Notes under the pieces: model-generated
Seen by the model: the letters and a program-made list of their open reading frames with translations, nothing else
Databases searched by the model: none
What the model was told of the DNA's origin: nothing
From: Candidatus Latescibacterota bacterium
GTDB taxonomy: Bacteria; Latescibacterota; UBA2968; UBA8231
NCBI GenBank assembly: GCA_965248265.1
Contig: CBDFJF010000002.1
Span: 160,001-224,000 of the forward strand
Direction: 5' to 3'
Length of the DNA: 64,000 bases
In this document: positions 29,085-39,646 of the stretch, piece by piece
How the letters are laid out: each line of letters opens with the position of its first letter
Numbering within the stretch: the first letter of the stretch is position 1
Program-made: the position numbers and the translations under genes

Positions 29085-29455
29085 TCCCGCCGAGAAAAGC
29101 GGCGGAAACCCGCGTGTATCGGGGACGTCGCCGTAGGCGGCCCTGGTGTTATCCGCCATCATTTCCGCGTTTTCCGCCGCTTGCGCGGTTTTCGGGCCGG
29201 TTTCGGCTGCGCCTCGGCCAGCTTCTCGAGCAGCGCTGTGGCCCACTCGGCCGGCGTGGTCTGAGGACCTGTGGGGGTGTCGCCCTCGCGGGCGATCTTG
29301 GTGGCCTTCAGGTCCTTCAGATGGCAGCGGATCATCCGGTCGAGCTTCTCGGCCGCGTCCATGTCGCCGTTGATCTGCGCGCGCACGAGCTTCACCGAGT
29401 AGACCGCCACCAGCTCCACCTGCAGGAAGTCCGAGCTCTTGTTGAACACGAAGTC
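29063..29455. repeat. 393-bp apparently identical direct repeat (copy 2 at 47479-47871)
   Basis: Read-through comparison from GAGAACACGTC to AACACGAAGTC. The ORF track gives identical peptides at both copies. Confidence 0.9.
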
Positions 29456-29689
29456 CTGGTAGAGCTGGCCGATGATGGCCTCGAAGAGCGGACGCTCCTC
29501 GGCAGCGAGGAACCGGTCGGCGTAGATGCCGTGCACCAGGCTGTTCTGATTACCCTCGCGGGCACTCGTCCCGGTCTGCACCTCTGCGGCGGCCCGGATT
29601 TCCGGCTCGGACACGGCGTTGCGGTGCCAGCGGTCAAGCTGTGCCGTGTCGTGCTTGCCAATCGTGGGTTTCGCCTTGTCGCCGGCCAT
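29159..29689 (-). CDS. Phage terminase small subunit-like protein, copy 1
   Basis: 'GNQNSLVHGIYA' motif (GNxNAxxHG type), helical body and basic tail. GGAG RBS. Confidence 0.55.
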   Translation of the reverse strand: MAGDKAKPTIGKHDTAQLDRWHRNAVSEPEIRAAAEVQTGTSAREGNQNSLVHGIYADRFLAAEERPLFEAIIGQLYQDFVFNKSSDFLQVELVAVYSVKLVRAQINGDMDAAEKLDRMIRCHLKDLKATKIAREGDTPTGPQTTPAEWATALLEKLAEAQPKPARKPRKRRKTRK

Positions 29690-29769
29690 GTTCTCCGCCG
29701 TTCTGGTTTCGGCAACTCGGGGTCCGGGGCGGAAGATGAATTTCGCGGAGGGAGATTTTGCATGGGCGC

Positions 29770-31241
29770 GCGCCGTCCACCGTCGACATCGTCGTCCAGG
29801 GCAAGAATAACCTCTACGACCCGCGCCTGGAGACGCAGCCCGGCGCCGATCCGGCCAACGCCGCCTATCGGCAGTGGTCGAGCAATCCCGCCCTGTGCGT
29901 GGCGACTACCTGACCGACGGCGAGCTGGGCATGGGGGTGCCGACAGCGCACATCGATTGGGACTCGGTCGTAACGGCCGCCACCGTGTGCGACACGCTCG
30001 TCGACGGGCTGGGGCCGGTGCGGCCCGGAAACACCCTGGGTCCCCGCATTCGCCACAAACGCTTTACCTCAAACGGCGCCCTGCTTACCAGCGACACCCA
30101 TCGGGCCAACCTCACGCGGTTGTTGGCGGCCATGCTGGGCGCGATCTCCGTGACCGGCGGGAAGGTGACGATCCATGCCCATTCATGGACGGCGCCGGTG
30201 GAATCGTTTGACGAGAACGACCTCATCCAGCCGATCCAGCTCACCACCCACACGGACGTGTTCTCGGTCTTCAATACGATCCAGGGCCTCGATGCGGCAG
30301 AGCAGTACGAAGAGCGGCCGTTCGGGCGGGTGACCAACCAGACCCTACGGGCAAATCGGGACCGCGATGAGACCCTGGTGCGGGAGCTCACCCTGCCCAT
30401 GACGGCCTCGCGATCGCAGGCTCAGCGCCTGGCCTATTTCCACCTCCAGCAAGCCGCGTTCGGGCTCACCGCAACCCTGCACCTGAACTACAAGGGATTG
30501 CGCCTGCGCTACCGCGATCGCATCACCCTCTCGGTGGCGTCTTTGGGCTGGCAGAACAAGATCTTACGCGTCGAAGCGTGGCGCTTCGAACCGCTGGGCG
30601 GGGTTGTGGTCACCGTCCGCGAGGATGCCGCCTCGGCCTACGGCGACCCACCCGTCACCTGGTACGAGGCCCAGGACACCCCCTCCTCCAAAGCGCTGCC
30701 GGCGCCCGTCATACCGGAAGTGCCGGCGCCCACCAACCTGGCCGCGACCGCCGTTCCGGCCGGCATCGAGGTGACCTGGACCCTGCCCGAGCCGCGTAGC
30801 CAATGAGACGAGATTGTCCTCTACGCTGCGGCGACGGACGCCTGGACCAACGCGAGCGAAATCTGGCGCGGCGTCAGCACCGCCTACGTCCACCGGCTGC
30901 CTGAGCAGGCGACCCGCTATTACTGGGTGCGCGCCGCCCAGAGTGAGGAGGACTCCGTGCGCGAACCCGACGCCGACACCTCCACCGTCACCGCTACGGC
31001 ACAGGGCCTTCTCACCGCCGCCGCCAAGCCTGGCGCCTCGGGCTCGCCGATACCCAACACCCTTACCGATCCCCTGCACATTGAAGTGTCCTCCGGCGTC
31101 ATCTGGAGCGGCGGCTGGTGGCAGGATGCCAGTGGCCAATGGTGGTGGCTTTGGCACGCTGCCGATGTGCCCTCGTTTACCCGAGCACAAGCTCACTTCT
31201 ACCTACCTACAGGAGCTATATCTGATGTCCCAACGGTATAA
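29770..31241 (+). pseudogene. Phage tail tip / host-specificity (J-like) protein, truncated
   Basis: 'VQGKNNLYDPR...WSSNPALC' frameshifts into 'DYLTD...ELTLP...AQRLA...APTNLAAT' (FN3). An in-frame TGA at 30804 is followed by 'YYWVRA' and the frame runs to 31241. Confidence 0.75.
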
Positions 31242-32499
31242 GATCACACTCATCGGCCTGGCCCTGCTACTGTGCGGCCTAGCACCGGCTGCCGCGCAAT
31301 GGGGTGGCACAGCCACGGGCGCGCCCGCGGGCACCACGCGCTTCCTCTCAGGCTTTAGCAAGGGGCTGGTCCAATCCACCGAAACACTCGAGATCGACGG
31401 GAACCTCATTATCCCGGTGGTGGCCAGCCTGCCCGCCGTCGCCACCGCCAACCAGGGCGCCTTCGTCTACCTCAGCACCGACAGCACGCTCTACGTGCAG
31501 GGCGCCACCGCCTGGGTACCAGCGCCCGGGTCCAAAGGCGACCAGGGCGACCAGGGATTGCAGGGCATTCAAGGCGACACCGGTCCCGGATTTACCTGGC
31601 GCGTCAGCTGGGTCCCGAACACCGGATACGCCGTCCGCAATGTCCTGCGCCACCAAAACAACATCTATGTCTGTACGCAAGCGCACAGCTCGAATCCGCT
31701 GCTCTTACCCGGTACGACGGGCGGCGCTTCATACTGGGACTTGATGGTACCCAAAGGCAGCAAGGGCGATCAGGGGGACCAGGGACTGCAAGGCATTCAA
31801 GGGCAGCCCGGGCTGCCAGGAGCGTCCGGGTCCAAAGGCGACAAAGGCGATCAGGGACTCCAAGGCGACACCGGCCCCGGATTTACCTGGCGCGTCAGCT
31901 GGGTCCCGAACACCGGATACGCCGTCCGCAATGTCCTGCGCCACCAAAACAACATCTATGTCTGTACGCAAGCGCACAGCTCGAATCCGCTGCTCTTACC
32001 CGGTACGACGGGCGGCGCTTCATACTGGGACTTGATGGTACCCAAAGGCAGCAAGGGCGATCAGGGGGACCAAGGACTGCAGGGCATTCAAGGGCTGCCC
32101 GGGCTGCCAGGGCCGTCCGGGTCCAAAGGCGACAAAGGCGAGCGCGGATCGCAAGGCATTCAGGGTTTCCCCGGGACGTCCGGATCCAAAGGCGATAAAG
32201 GAGACCGTGGGCTGCGCGGACTGCAAGGTATTCAAGGTTTCCCCGGAGCGTCCGGGTCCAAAGGCGACAAAGGCGATAAAGGAAACCGCGGATCGCAGGG
32301 CATTCAAGGTTTCCCCGGAGCGTCTGGGTCCAAAGGCGACAAAGGCGACCGCGGATTGCGGGGCATTCAAGGGCTGCCCGGGCCGCGCGGGTCCAAAGGC
32401 GACAAAGGCGACAAGGGCGACAAGGGTGATACGCCGAGCCTCACCTCCATCTGGAGCGAGATCAATCTGCTCAAAGCCCGGGTCAGCGCACTGGAGTAA
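31225..32499 (+). CDS. Secreted collagen-like (Gly-X-Y) protein with two CBM5/12-like modules
   Basis: AGGAG RBS, Sec signal (…APAAA/QW), G-X-Y runs, duplicated '[28 protein letters not shown]' and a C-terminal coiled coil. Confidence 0.8.
   Translation: MSQRYKITLIGLALLLCGLAPAAAQWGGTATGAPAGTTRFLSGFSKGLVQSTETLEIDGNLIIPVVASLPAVATANQGAFVYLSTDSTLYVQGATAWVPAPGSKGDQGDQGLQGIQGDTGPGFTWRVSWVPNTGYAVRNVLRHQNNIYVCTQAHSSNPLLLPGTTGGASYWDLMVPKGSKGDQGDQGLQGIQGQPGLPGASGSKGDKGDQGLQGDTGPGFTWRVSWVPNTGYAVRNVLRHQNNIYVCTQAHSSNPLLLPGTTGGASYWDLMVPKGSKGDQGDQGLQGIQGLPGLPGPSGSKGDKGERGSQGIQGFPGTSGSKGDKGDRGLRGLQGIQGFPGASGSKGDKGDKGNRGSQGIQGFPGASGSKGDKGDRGLRGIQGLPGPRGSKGDKGDKGDKGDTPSLTSIWSEINLLKARVSALE
31570..32095 (+). 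repeat. ~235-bp near-identical internal duplication (offset 291 bp)
   Basis: 31570-31804 versus 31861-32095. Confidence 0.88.
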
Positions 32500-32633
32500 A
32501 GAGCCGCGCCCGTCTATCCACCGTCCCGATTGCTGACACTCGCGCGTGCCGTAATCGCTACTTCTTGGCATTGGCTTCGCACTGAAGGTTTTTGGATTCA
32601 TCCGATGAACAAGGGCGTGCGGCTGCACGACTG

Positions 32634-32882
32634 TCACTTGATCTCCAGCGGCAGAATGAGGCCGGTCTCCTCGCCTGCTTTCGGCTTCGCCGCTCCCAAA
32701 CCGAGCATTCCGGGGGATGTTGGGCCATAGATACCGGTGTCCATGGAACCGACGCGCAGAGAGCGAGCGGCCAGGGTGACGGTGATATCGGCGGTGATTG
32801 TCGACTTACCGACACCGCACTTGCCGTTGGATATCAGCCCACGTATCTTCGATGTCGCGATATGGGACTGCGACGACGCCAA
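32634..32882 (-). pseudogene. Mrp/ApbC (NBP35) ATPase remnant
   Basis: Degenerate 'SNGKCGVGKST...VGSMDTGIYGPT.P.MLG'. Confidence 0.75.
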
Positions 32883-33148
32883 TGGAAGTGTTGAAAGAAT
32901 TCTCTCCTGGGCAGGGGGAGGTACTTCGGAACATCTCCGTGGCGAGATGGTTGTCGAGAGTTCATGTCGGCGCCAACCTGACTCATGACCGGTAATCTTG
33001 ATGCGTCGCGATGTAGACGCTATTTATACAGACGCTATTTTCCCGTGACTGCGCAGGATGGGATTCTCCTTGAAGCACCTTTAGGGACGTTGCCGCCTTA
33101 AGGGTTGGGGGGCCGGCTCGGCGCTCAAAAGGAAGAGCAGGAATCAAC

Positions 33149-34042
33149 ATGGCGAGGAAGCAGCTTGACCTGTTGCCGGCGGTTGTGACTTGGTTCGCAT
33201 TATCGAGCCAGCTGCTGGCTGAGGATGGCTTCTACTGGGGTACCGACCTCGGGCCGTCGACGGCTCCTGGTCTCGACCTGGTCGCTACGGACAACGACTG
33301 GAGCACCAAGTGCGACAGAATCTCCAATCCCACTCAGGCCGAGACCGGTGATGACTGTGCCACGGCGCCGCCGCCCTCTGCGTGGGTACATACGGTGAAC
33401 GGAGGCCGGGGGATGCTGACCGGCATCGCCCTGGGATATCGCCGCGGCAACCTGAGAGTTGAAGGGGAGTATTCCCATCGAACTACGACCTACGGCGACT
33501 ACTCCCAGACGCGCATCGGCGACGTGGTGACGCTTGCCAAGGCCGACCAGGAGCTCGAAATCGTCGATGGCGGCGTCGATGACCTGTTGTCACACGACTT
33601 GTTCGCCAACCTGAGTTACGACTTTGTCTTAAATTCCCGGCTTGTCCCGTACGCCGGTGTCGGGATAGGCAGTGCTCGGGTGTGGCTGGACTTCTTCAGC
33701 CGGTGGACGCGGAACGACGATCCGGAACAGATCCAGACGTTCAAGGATCCCATGCTGAGGGCGCAGATCGCCGGCACCACCACGATCGGCAAGGCCAGGC
33801 TCTCCGACACCGTGACCGGCTATCGGCTGTTCGCCGGTGTGGACTATCAGGCCAGCGATCCCTTCAGGGTGGGCCTCGAGATCGGGTGGGTGAAGTTCGG
33901 TGACTTCGAGGGGGAAGCGGAGTGGCTCCAGCTCCGCAGCCACGAATCCTCGGTCGGCCGCGGTGCGCGGATTCGATACCGAGTGATGACGGATGGCCTC
34001 TCCTCCTTGGGGATCAGCCTCAATCTGAAGCACCGCCTCTGA
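33149..34042 (+). CDS. Outer-membrane beta-barrel protein (opacity/porin-like)
   Basis: Signal peptide, 'ALGY...LRVEGEY', 'FANLSYDF...PYAGVGIG' and 'FAGVDY'. Confidence 0.8.
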   Translation: MARKQLDLLPAVVTWFALSSQLLAEDGFYWGTDLGPSTAPGLDLVATDNDWSTKCDRISNPTQAETGDDCATAPPPSAWVHTVNGGRGMLTGIALGYRRGNLRVEGEYSHRTTTYGDYSQTRIGDVVTLAKADQELEIVDGGVDDLLSHDLFANLSYDFVLNSRLVPYAGVGIGSARVWLDFFSRWTRNDDPEQIQTFKDPMLRAQIAGTTTIGKARLSDTVTGYRLFAGVDYQASDPFRVGLEIGWVKFGDFEGEAEWLQLRSHESSVGRGARIRYRVMTDGLSSLGISLNLKHRL

Positions 34043-34059
34043 TGTGCGTGATGCTCAAG

Positions 34060-34340
34060 GAGTTCCCAGCCTCCTTACCCACAGAAGAGTTAGGCAGGCA
34101 GGATCAGGAAAACCGGATATACCCATACGACGTGCGAAAATTAATGCATATCCTTCAGCAGCCCCCAAGATACGCGCGGGTTTGATCATCTCCAGCGGCC
34201 CTGTAGAGGCCGCCGCCAAGACCATCGTCGGCCACCGACTTAAACGCAGCGGCATGCGATGGACGCGACAGGGAGGCCAGCAGATCCTCAACCTACGAGT
34301 CCACGTTTGATCGAAACGATGGGATGCTTTCTGGAAAATC
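34060..34340 (+). pseudogene. ISKra4/ISLre2-type transposase C-terminal remnant
   Basis: 'GLIISSGPVEAAAKTIVGHRLKRSGMRWT..GGQQILNLR'. Confidence 0.75.
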
Positions 34341-34982
34341 ATGAGAACCTTTTCGATTTTTGTTTTGCTCGTTGCTTCACCAACGCTCCAGGCCCAAGAG
34401 CGACTGGACTACTGGCCGTTAGATGTAGGGAACAGGTGGGTCTACAGCCACAATTGGAATGACGGTGATGATGATCTGCACGAGGAGATCACGATAGAGG
34501 TTCTTACACTGACTGAAATCCAAGGACAAATATACTCCGAGTTAAGTAATGGACAGCTGTTACGAAAAGATGAGATAGGCAATATATGGGCGCTTGTCGG
34601 GAACGAAGAATTCTTGGTTTTTGACCTGAGCAACCTAGATGATCCGGATTATGACATCTCGCTCGCTTACATTGCGTTTCCTCCAGTCAATTCTCTCGTG
34701 CCGACCTATTTCCCGACAAGAGGTACAAGAGCAAATGACAAGGGAGAGCTATATACGATAACATTGTCGATCGGAATATTTCCAACCATTTGCTTCACAA
34801 CAGGAGAGCTCAGTGCAGTAAGGAGAGTGTGCCTTGCTGAGAACGTTGGGCCCGTGCTATCGACACGTTCAACCGACCTGCCGGGCAGATTTAACCTCTA
34901 TGAATTGGTGCAATATCGGATAGGGGGGAACATGCATCCCACTGTGTTGAAAAAGGCTTCTTGGGCAGAGATCAAACAGTGA
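34341..34982 (+). CDS. Secreted hypothetical protein with C-terminal 'SWxxIK' motif
   Basis: Signal peptide, 'DYWPLDVGNRWVY' domain and end PTVLKKASWAEIKQ. Lower GC than the host. Confidence 0.75.
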   Translation: MRTFSIFVLLVASPTLQAQERLDYWPLDVGNRWVYSHNWNDGDDDLHEEITIEVLTLTEIQGQIYSELSNGQLLRKDEIGNIWALVGNEEFLVFDLSNLDDPDYDISLAYIAFPPVNSLVPTYFPTRGTRANDKGELYTITLSIGIFPTICFTTGELSAVRRVCLAENVGPVLSTRSTDLPGRFNLYELVQYRIGGNMHPTVLKKASWAEIKQ

Positions 34983-35008
34983 GTCAAACACCATTTGGAG
35001 GTGAGAAG

Positions 35009-35246
35009 ATGAAACGGATTGTAGCACTGATCAATTACGCGATTTTGGTCGCAATGCTAGCGAGCGGCATGGCCTCGGCCTACACCATCGACACAGGACA
35101 TATTGATTTCAGACAGCCCAACAACGTGATATTCAAGGGGCGACAGTGGGGATCGGGTTTCAATATACACCAACAAACACATGATGGGTACGAGTTCATG
35201 AAGGGTCGAGGTGGGTACTATTACTATGCGAAGTTGGACGAACGGA
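35009..35246 (+). pseudogene. N-terminus of a secreted M6-metalloprotease-like protein, truncated by IS21
   Basis: GGAGG RBS, signal peptide and 'FRQPN...GRQWG...THDGY.....GYYYYA' propeptide-like motif. Confidence 0.55.
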
Positions 35247-35502
35247 GTAAAGTGGCCACCCGTTTCGGTCTGAAAGTAGCCACTTTCTGAGGTCGGCCGA
35301 ACGGGTGGCCGGCATGTGCCGAAATGACAGCGGCGCTGGATAACCCCGCCACGGTACCTTCGCCAAAAGGAGGTGCCGAATGGCTCAGAGGAGGTTGTCC
35401 ATGCGCAAGATCCGGGAGATTCTTCGCCTTAAACACGAGGCCGGTCTCACCAACCGCCAGATCGCCCAGAGCTGCGGCCGCTCTCGCAGCACCATCGCCA
35501 AC
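35247..35502 (+). mobile_element. istA: IS21-family left-end remnant with truncated istA
   Basis: AAAGTRGCCAC end repeats and 'MAQRRLSMRKIREILRLKHEAGLTNRQIAQSCGRSRSTIAN'. Confidence 0.8.
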
Positions 35503-35608
35503 CGTGGGCCGCGGCGATCTCCTCGGCGATTTCCGAATAGAGGATGCCGGGCGCGGGTTTCTGCCAGACCTTCTGATTCTCCTTGCCCGCCAGCTGGAAA
35601 CCCTTGTC

Positions 35609-37194
35609 GTAACCGTTCACGTCCCCTGTCTGAGTCGACTGGTCGTGGCGTAGGAGGGGTCTTACGGAAGGAGCGAAGGAGCTGGCTGGTTGTGGAGGGT
35701 CGCGTGGCAAGCAGTGGCGAGGTACTCGCGCACGCTGCGGCGCTGTTGCCGTAGAGTGGTACGGACGGTGAGCATGCGCTCGACGAAGCGGCTGCCCGCG
35801 GCACACTGGGTACCGAAGCTGGTGTGGCGCCAGAGGACGCCGTGACGCAGCGCCCTCTCGGCGGCGTTGTTGGTGGGTTCCACGCCAAGCTTGCTGGCGA
35901 AGGTCCACATCGCCGGTTCGACCTGCAGGAGGTTGGCGCAGGTGGTCGCCGTTTGCGGGTCAGCCAGAAACTGGCCGTACAGCAGCTCCATGTGGATGCG
36001 GTGTCGGATTCGGCTGAGATAGGTCCGGAAGCTGGACCACTCCAGGGTGCCGTCGCGGATGCGATGCCACCAGGTAAACAGCGTGTCGACCTGTTCCAGC
36101 AGGACCGTGCCGATCTTGGCGGCCTGTCCACCGCGCTCGGTGAAGACTTCGAAGGTGCGCTGCAGATGAGCCCAACACAGTTGCCGGTTGGCCACCGGCA
36201 GGTAGCGGTAGGCCGTGAAGCGGTCGGAGCCGACCACGGCCGTGGCGTTGTCGCCCAGCAGTTCCTGCGCCACGTCGCTGCCACGACTCTGCCGGATCGC
36301 GAACGTGGTGACCTCCTCGGTGGCAGCCGTCCACAGCCACGCCTTCTCGGTGCCTTCGCGCCAGCTGGTCTCATCGATGTTGATCGCCGGTTGCTCGCGC
36401 ACGTACGCTCGGGCATCCTCGACCGGCGTGGCGAGTACGTCGGACACGTGTTGCTCCAATCGGCTCACCGTGCCCAGGGACAGCTCGAGACCGAAGGCGT
36501 CGTGCAACAGCGACACGATGTTGCGCTTGCTCATCCGGTAGCTGCCCGACAGCAACCCCACCCACGCCTGAACGCTGGGGCCAAACGCGTTGCCGGGCAC
36601 ACCCTCTGGCCACTCGGCTTCGGTCAAGGTCGTACAGTGGGTGCAGCGCAGGGTGTGCATGCGATACTCGGTGACCCGCGCCTGCACCTGCGGCACCTCG
36701 ATCACCTGGTGGCGCATCGGATGTGGGTCGTCGCCCGTGAGCGGTTGCCTGCACTGACGGCAAGAGGCTGGTTTGACCGGGATCATCTCGTCGACGTGAT
36801 CCAGCGGCACCAGCGATCGTCCGTGACCTTCGTGGCCAGGCTGACCCCCGCGCGAGCGCCCCGAAGATCGCCGCTTCGACTTGCGTCCCGACATGGGCGC
36901 CGTGCCGGACTCGGACGACGGTGGGCCACCGCGCCGCCGCAGTTGTCGCTCCAACTGCTCGACCCGCTGCTCCAGCCGCTCGACTCGCTGCACGCGCTCC
37001 CACATCGCGATCACCAGCGCCTGCACTGCAACCGGCGTCTCTTGCCAATTCGCGCGGAAATGGGAAGCTCGGAAGGCTTGTTCACCAGGACTCTCAGCTC
37101 TCGGGCAACTACATGCTGCCAACTGAGCCAAAGGTACCAGTGATCGGTGGTTTCCGCTAGTCAATTGCATCGTTCCCCGGGACTGAACGGTTAC
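35609..37194 (-). mobile_element. IS66-family element (single-ORF type) with 8-bp TSD
   Basis: IRs GTAACCGTTCA(C)GTCCC at both ends. TSD CCCTTGTC at 35601-35608 and 37195-37202. Confidence 0.95.
35662..37170 (-). CDS. IS66-family transposase
   Basis: 'GGQPGHEG', CRQC..CTHC, 'IDETSW', 'SDRFTAY', 'QLCWAHL' and 'EPTNNAAERALR'. Start uncertain. Confidence 0.92.
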   Translation of the reverse strand: MQLTSGNHRSLVPLAQLAACSCPRAESPGEQAFRASHFRANWQETPVAVQALVIAMWERVQRVERLEQRVEQLERQLRRRGGPPSSESGTAPMSGRKSKRRSSGRSRGGQPGHEGHGRSLVPLDHVDEMIPVKPASCRQCRQPLTGDDPHPMRHQVIEVPQVQARVTEYRMHTLRCTHCTTLTEAEWPEGVPGNAFGPSVQAWVGLLSGSYRMSKRNIVSLLHDAFGLELSLGTVSRLEQHVSDVLATPVEDARAYVREQPAINIDETSWREGTEKAWLWTAATEEVTTFAIRQSRGSDVAQELLGDNATAVVGSDRFTAYRYLPVANRQLCWAHLQRTFEVFTERGGQAAKIGTVLLEQVDTLFTWWHRIRDGTLEWSSFRTYLSRIRHRIHMELLYGQFLADPQTATTCANLLQVEPAMWTFASKLGVEPTNNAAERALRHGVLWRHTSFGTQCAAGSRFVERMLTVRTTLRQQRRSVREYLATACHATLHNQPAPSLLP

Positions 37195-37822
37195 CCCTTG
37201 TCGTAGGCTTTCAGGCGGATGCGCGGAGCGCCGTCTTCCGGGAAGTCGTAGTCGATGCCCTTGATCACCGCCTTCTTGCGCGGCGACAGATGGCCCACGT
37301 AGCCGAAACGGGCGACGACCTCGTGGCCCTCCTAGATGAGCGGATCGTCCACGAACCGCAGATGCCGGTCCGAGACGGACAGCTCCAGCACGTCGAGTTC
37401 CTCCTCGTTGTCCTCGAAGACGAACGAGGTGATCTCGCCGCTCAGGTCTGCCGACAACTCCCGTCCCTCGATCTGAACGAGGAACGTCGGCTGGAAGGGG
37501 TTCAGGTCCATGCACCGATCTCCGCTGCGACCACCGGGTGGTGGTCCTCAGCGGATACTTACCGGCGCTTGAGCGAAGGTGTCGGACGAGGGGCGTGAGT
37601 GTGGTGCCCTTGAATGAGGATGGCGGGCGTGCTGGGAAGATCTGTAGAGATGGTATATTACCGGGTCCGTCGCCAGGAGTTATCCGAATTGCGACATTCA
37701 AGGAATCCCTGGGGAGAGATCAGGCGTCATTTCAATTATCCCCCTAAACTTTGAAGAGGCAATCAGAGTATGTACCGGAAAGATGCCTGCCCCACGTGGG
37801 CGGTGTGATCTTGGAGAGAAAA

Positions 37823-39646
37823 ATGAACCGCATTCGTATGATCGTGACCTGCCTCATTTTCCTGTTCGCCCAGCTAGCACAAGCCAACGACGAAGTCGCC
37901 ATCGAGTTGCCGGGTGGGGTCCCGCTGGAGCTGGTGTGGATCGAGCCGGGCCGCTTCACCATGGGCTCCCTCGAATGGGGGGCCGAGAGAGAGGTGACGA
38001 TCTCTCAGGGCTTCTACCTCGGAAAGTACGAAATCACCCAGGAGCAGTGGCAGGCGGTCATGGGCACCGAGCCCTGGTCGTCCCTGGATGGCTCCTTTCA
38101 GGATCTGAACCATCCTGCCGTCGCCATTTCCTGGCATGATGCACAGGCCTTTGCCCAGAGACTGAACGAGCACTTTGACGAGGAAGCCTATCGCCTGCCC
38201 ACCGAAGCCGAGTGGGAGTATGCCTGCCGGGCGGGCACGACAACGCGCTGGTCCTTTGGAGATGGCGAGAGTCTGCTATCGTCCTACGCGTGGTACAGGG
38301 CCAATGCCGGGAGGCGTGTGCATCCTGTCGGCACGAAGCTGCCCAACTCTTGGGGGCTGTTCGACCTCTACGGAAACGCCTGGGAGTGGGTGCACGACCG
38401 GTATGACTTCGGCGCCCATGATGGTACGCCGCAGACGGACCCCTCGGGACCGGTAACGGGCCATGAGCACGTAGTACGAGGTGGAGGCATCCACGATTTC
38501 GCTGAAACAACGGAGCATAATTCCCGCCGTTCTGTCTCCTCAACGGGTAGCGGTCACGAGATCGGTGCACGTCTTCTCAAGGGTGCCCCTCTTACCCCCC
38601 TAGACCCCGAGCGTTCGTCTTATCCCCAGGATCGTTCCAGTCTGTTCTTACCGCTCCACGAGGGGAATATCTGGATCATGCGATCCCATCTCTTCGGGCA
38701 CGGCCCGCCCCAAGTGGATACCACGGCCTTTGTATTGCAAAGTGAGATCATTGAGGGTGAGCAGTACTGGCGGGGTCTGAGGCTAGGGCCGATCGAAGGA
38801 CTATTCCGCGTGGACGAGAACGGCAATATCTGGACAGAACAGGTAAGAAGACTCTCGCAATGGGACCTGTACGACTTCCTGCAGGGTCTGGACGATAATC
38901 CCGAATTGCGGGAGTCTCAGTATTTCCAACAGTCCTCTCTCTTTAAACACCTAGATTCCGAAAGTAAGGACCGGCTGTTCTACGACTTCGATGATGTCAC
39001 CATCGATCCAAACTCACCTACCCTCGATTTGGATCGTGAGGTTTCCAATCTCTATTTAGAATCAATCACAAGGTCAGGGGGCGCATTCGTAATGAAGAAT
39101 CCAGATCCTGGCCCCGATCAACGGTCTTTCCGTTTCGTTTGTTGTGGCAGCGAGGCGTCTTCAGGCGAGATTGTCTTTCAACGCGGTCTCGGCCCCGTTA
39201 GAACTACGTGGTGGAGTTCCTTCAACCCCAGTCGACAGACGAACATAACCCTGCTCTGGGTGCGTATCGATGGCAAAGGATACGGCGTGCATCCCGGACC
39301 CCGCTACCCTGGATACCGCGACCCGGAGACAGTGGTCACGACCTCCGACCCGACGCATGCCCGCCCCTCCGCCAGTGGCTTGGAGCCCAACTATCCCAAT
39401 CCCTTCAACGCCAGCACCCGGATTCCCTACCGCGTGGCCACGCCCGGACCGGTGCGGCTGGCGATCTATAATGCCCTGGGCCAGCCGGTGCGCACCCTGG
39501 TGGATCAGGTTCTCGCCGTCGGTGTGTACCAAGCCCGCTGGGATGCCCGCGACCAGGAGGAGACCGGGGTGGCGGCGGGGGTCTATTTCACCCGCCTGCA
39601 CTACCCCGGCGGAGTACAAACCCGGCGGTTGCTCTCCCTCAAGTAG
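37823..39646 (+). CDS. Secreted FGE-sulfatase (SUMF1) domain protein with C-terminal FlgD-Ig/T9SS-like sorting domain
   Basis: 'RLPTEAEWEYACRAGT', 'PNSWGLFDLYGNAWEW' and 'NYPNPFNAST...IYNALGQPVRTL...AGVYF'. Confidence 0.9.
   Translation: MNRIRMIVTCLIFLFAQLAQANDEVAIELPGGVPLELVWIEPGRFTMGSLEWGAEREVTISQGFYLGKYEITQEQWQAVMGTEPWSSLDGSFQDLNHPAVAISWHDAQAFAQRLNEHFDEEAYRLPTEAEWEYACRAGTTTRWSFGDGESLLSSYAWYRANAGRRVHPVGTKLPNSWGLFDLYGNAWEWVHDRYDFGAHDGTPQTDPSGPVTGHEHVVRGGGIHDFAETTEHNSRRSVSSTGSGHEIGARLLKGAPLTPLDPERSSYPQDRSSLFLPLHEGNIWIMRSHLFGHGPPQVDTTAFVLQSEIIEGEQYWRGLRLGPIEGLFRVDENGNIWTEQVRRLSQWDLYDFLQGLDDNPELRESQYFQQSSLFKHLDSESKDRLFYDFDDVTIDPNSPTLDLDREVSNLYLESITRSGGAFVMKNPDPGPDQRSFRFVCCGSEASSGEIVFQRGLGPVRTTWWSSFNPSRQTNITLLWVRIDGKGYGVHPGPRYPGYRDPETVVTTSDPTHARPSASGLEPNYPNPFNASTRIPYRVATPGPVRLAIYNALGQPVRTLVDQVLAVGVYQARWDARDQEETGVAAGVYFTRLHYPGGVQTRRLLSLK

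Larger units (their letters stand above)
35503..37511 (-). pseudogene. Phage late-control D / baseplate-hub-like gene split by IS66 and truncated
   Basis: 37511->37195 reads MDLNPFQPTFLVQIEG...ITSFVFEDNEEELDVLEL...FGY...AYDKG (TAG at codon 60). It resumes beyond the IS (35608->35503) as DKGFQLAGKE...YSEIAEEIAAAHG. Confidence 0.75.

Noticed and set aside
30814-31224. N-terminal extensions of ORF-track calls (30814, 26137-27636, 35662-37701, 39938-41185, 49075-51810)
   Set aside because: The extensions overlap other genes or IS remnants. RBS and signal-peptide evidence supports the later starts.
31570-32095. Possible DGR template/variable repeat pair (also considered for fibre genes A/B and the 393-bp repeat)
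   Set aside because: No reverse transcriptase in the window, and the differences are not adenine-specific.
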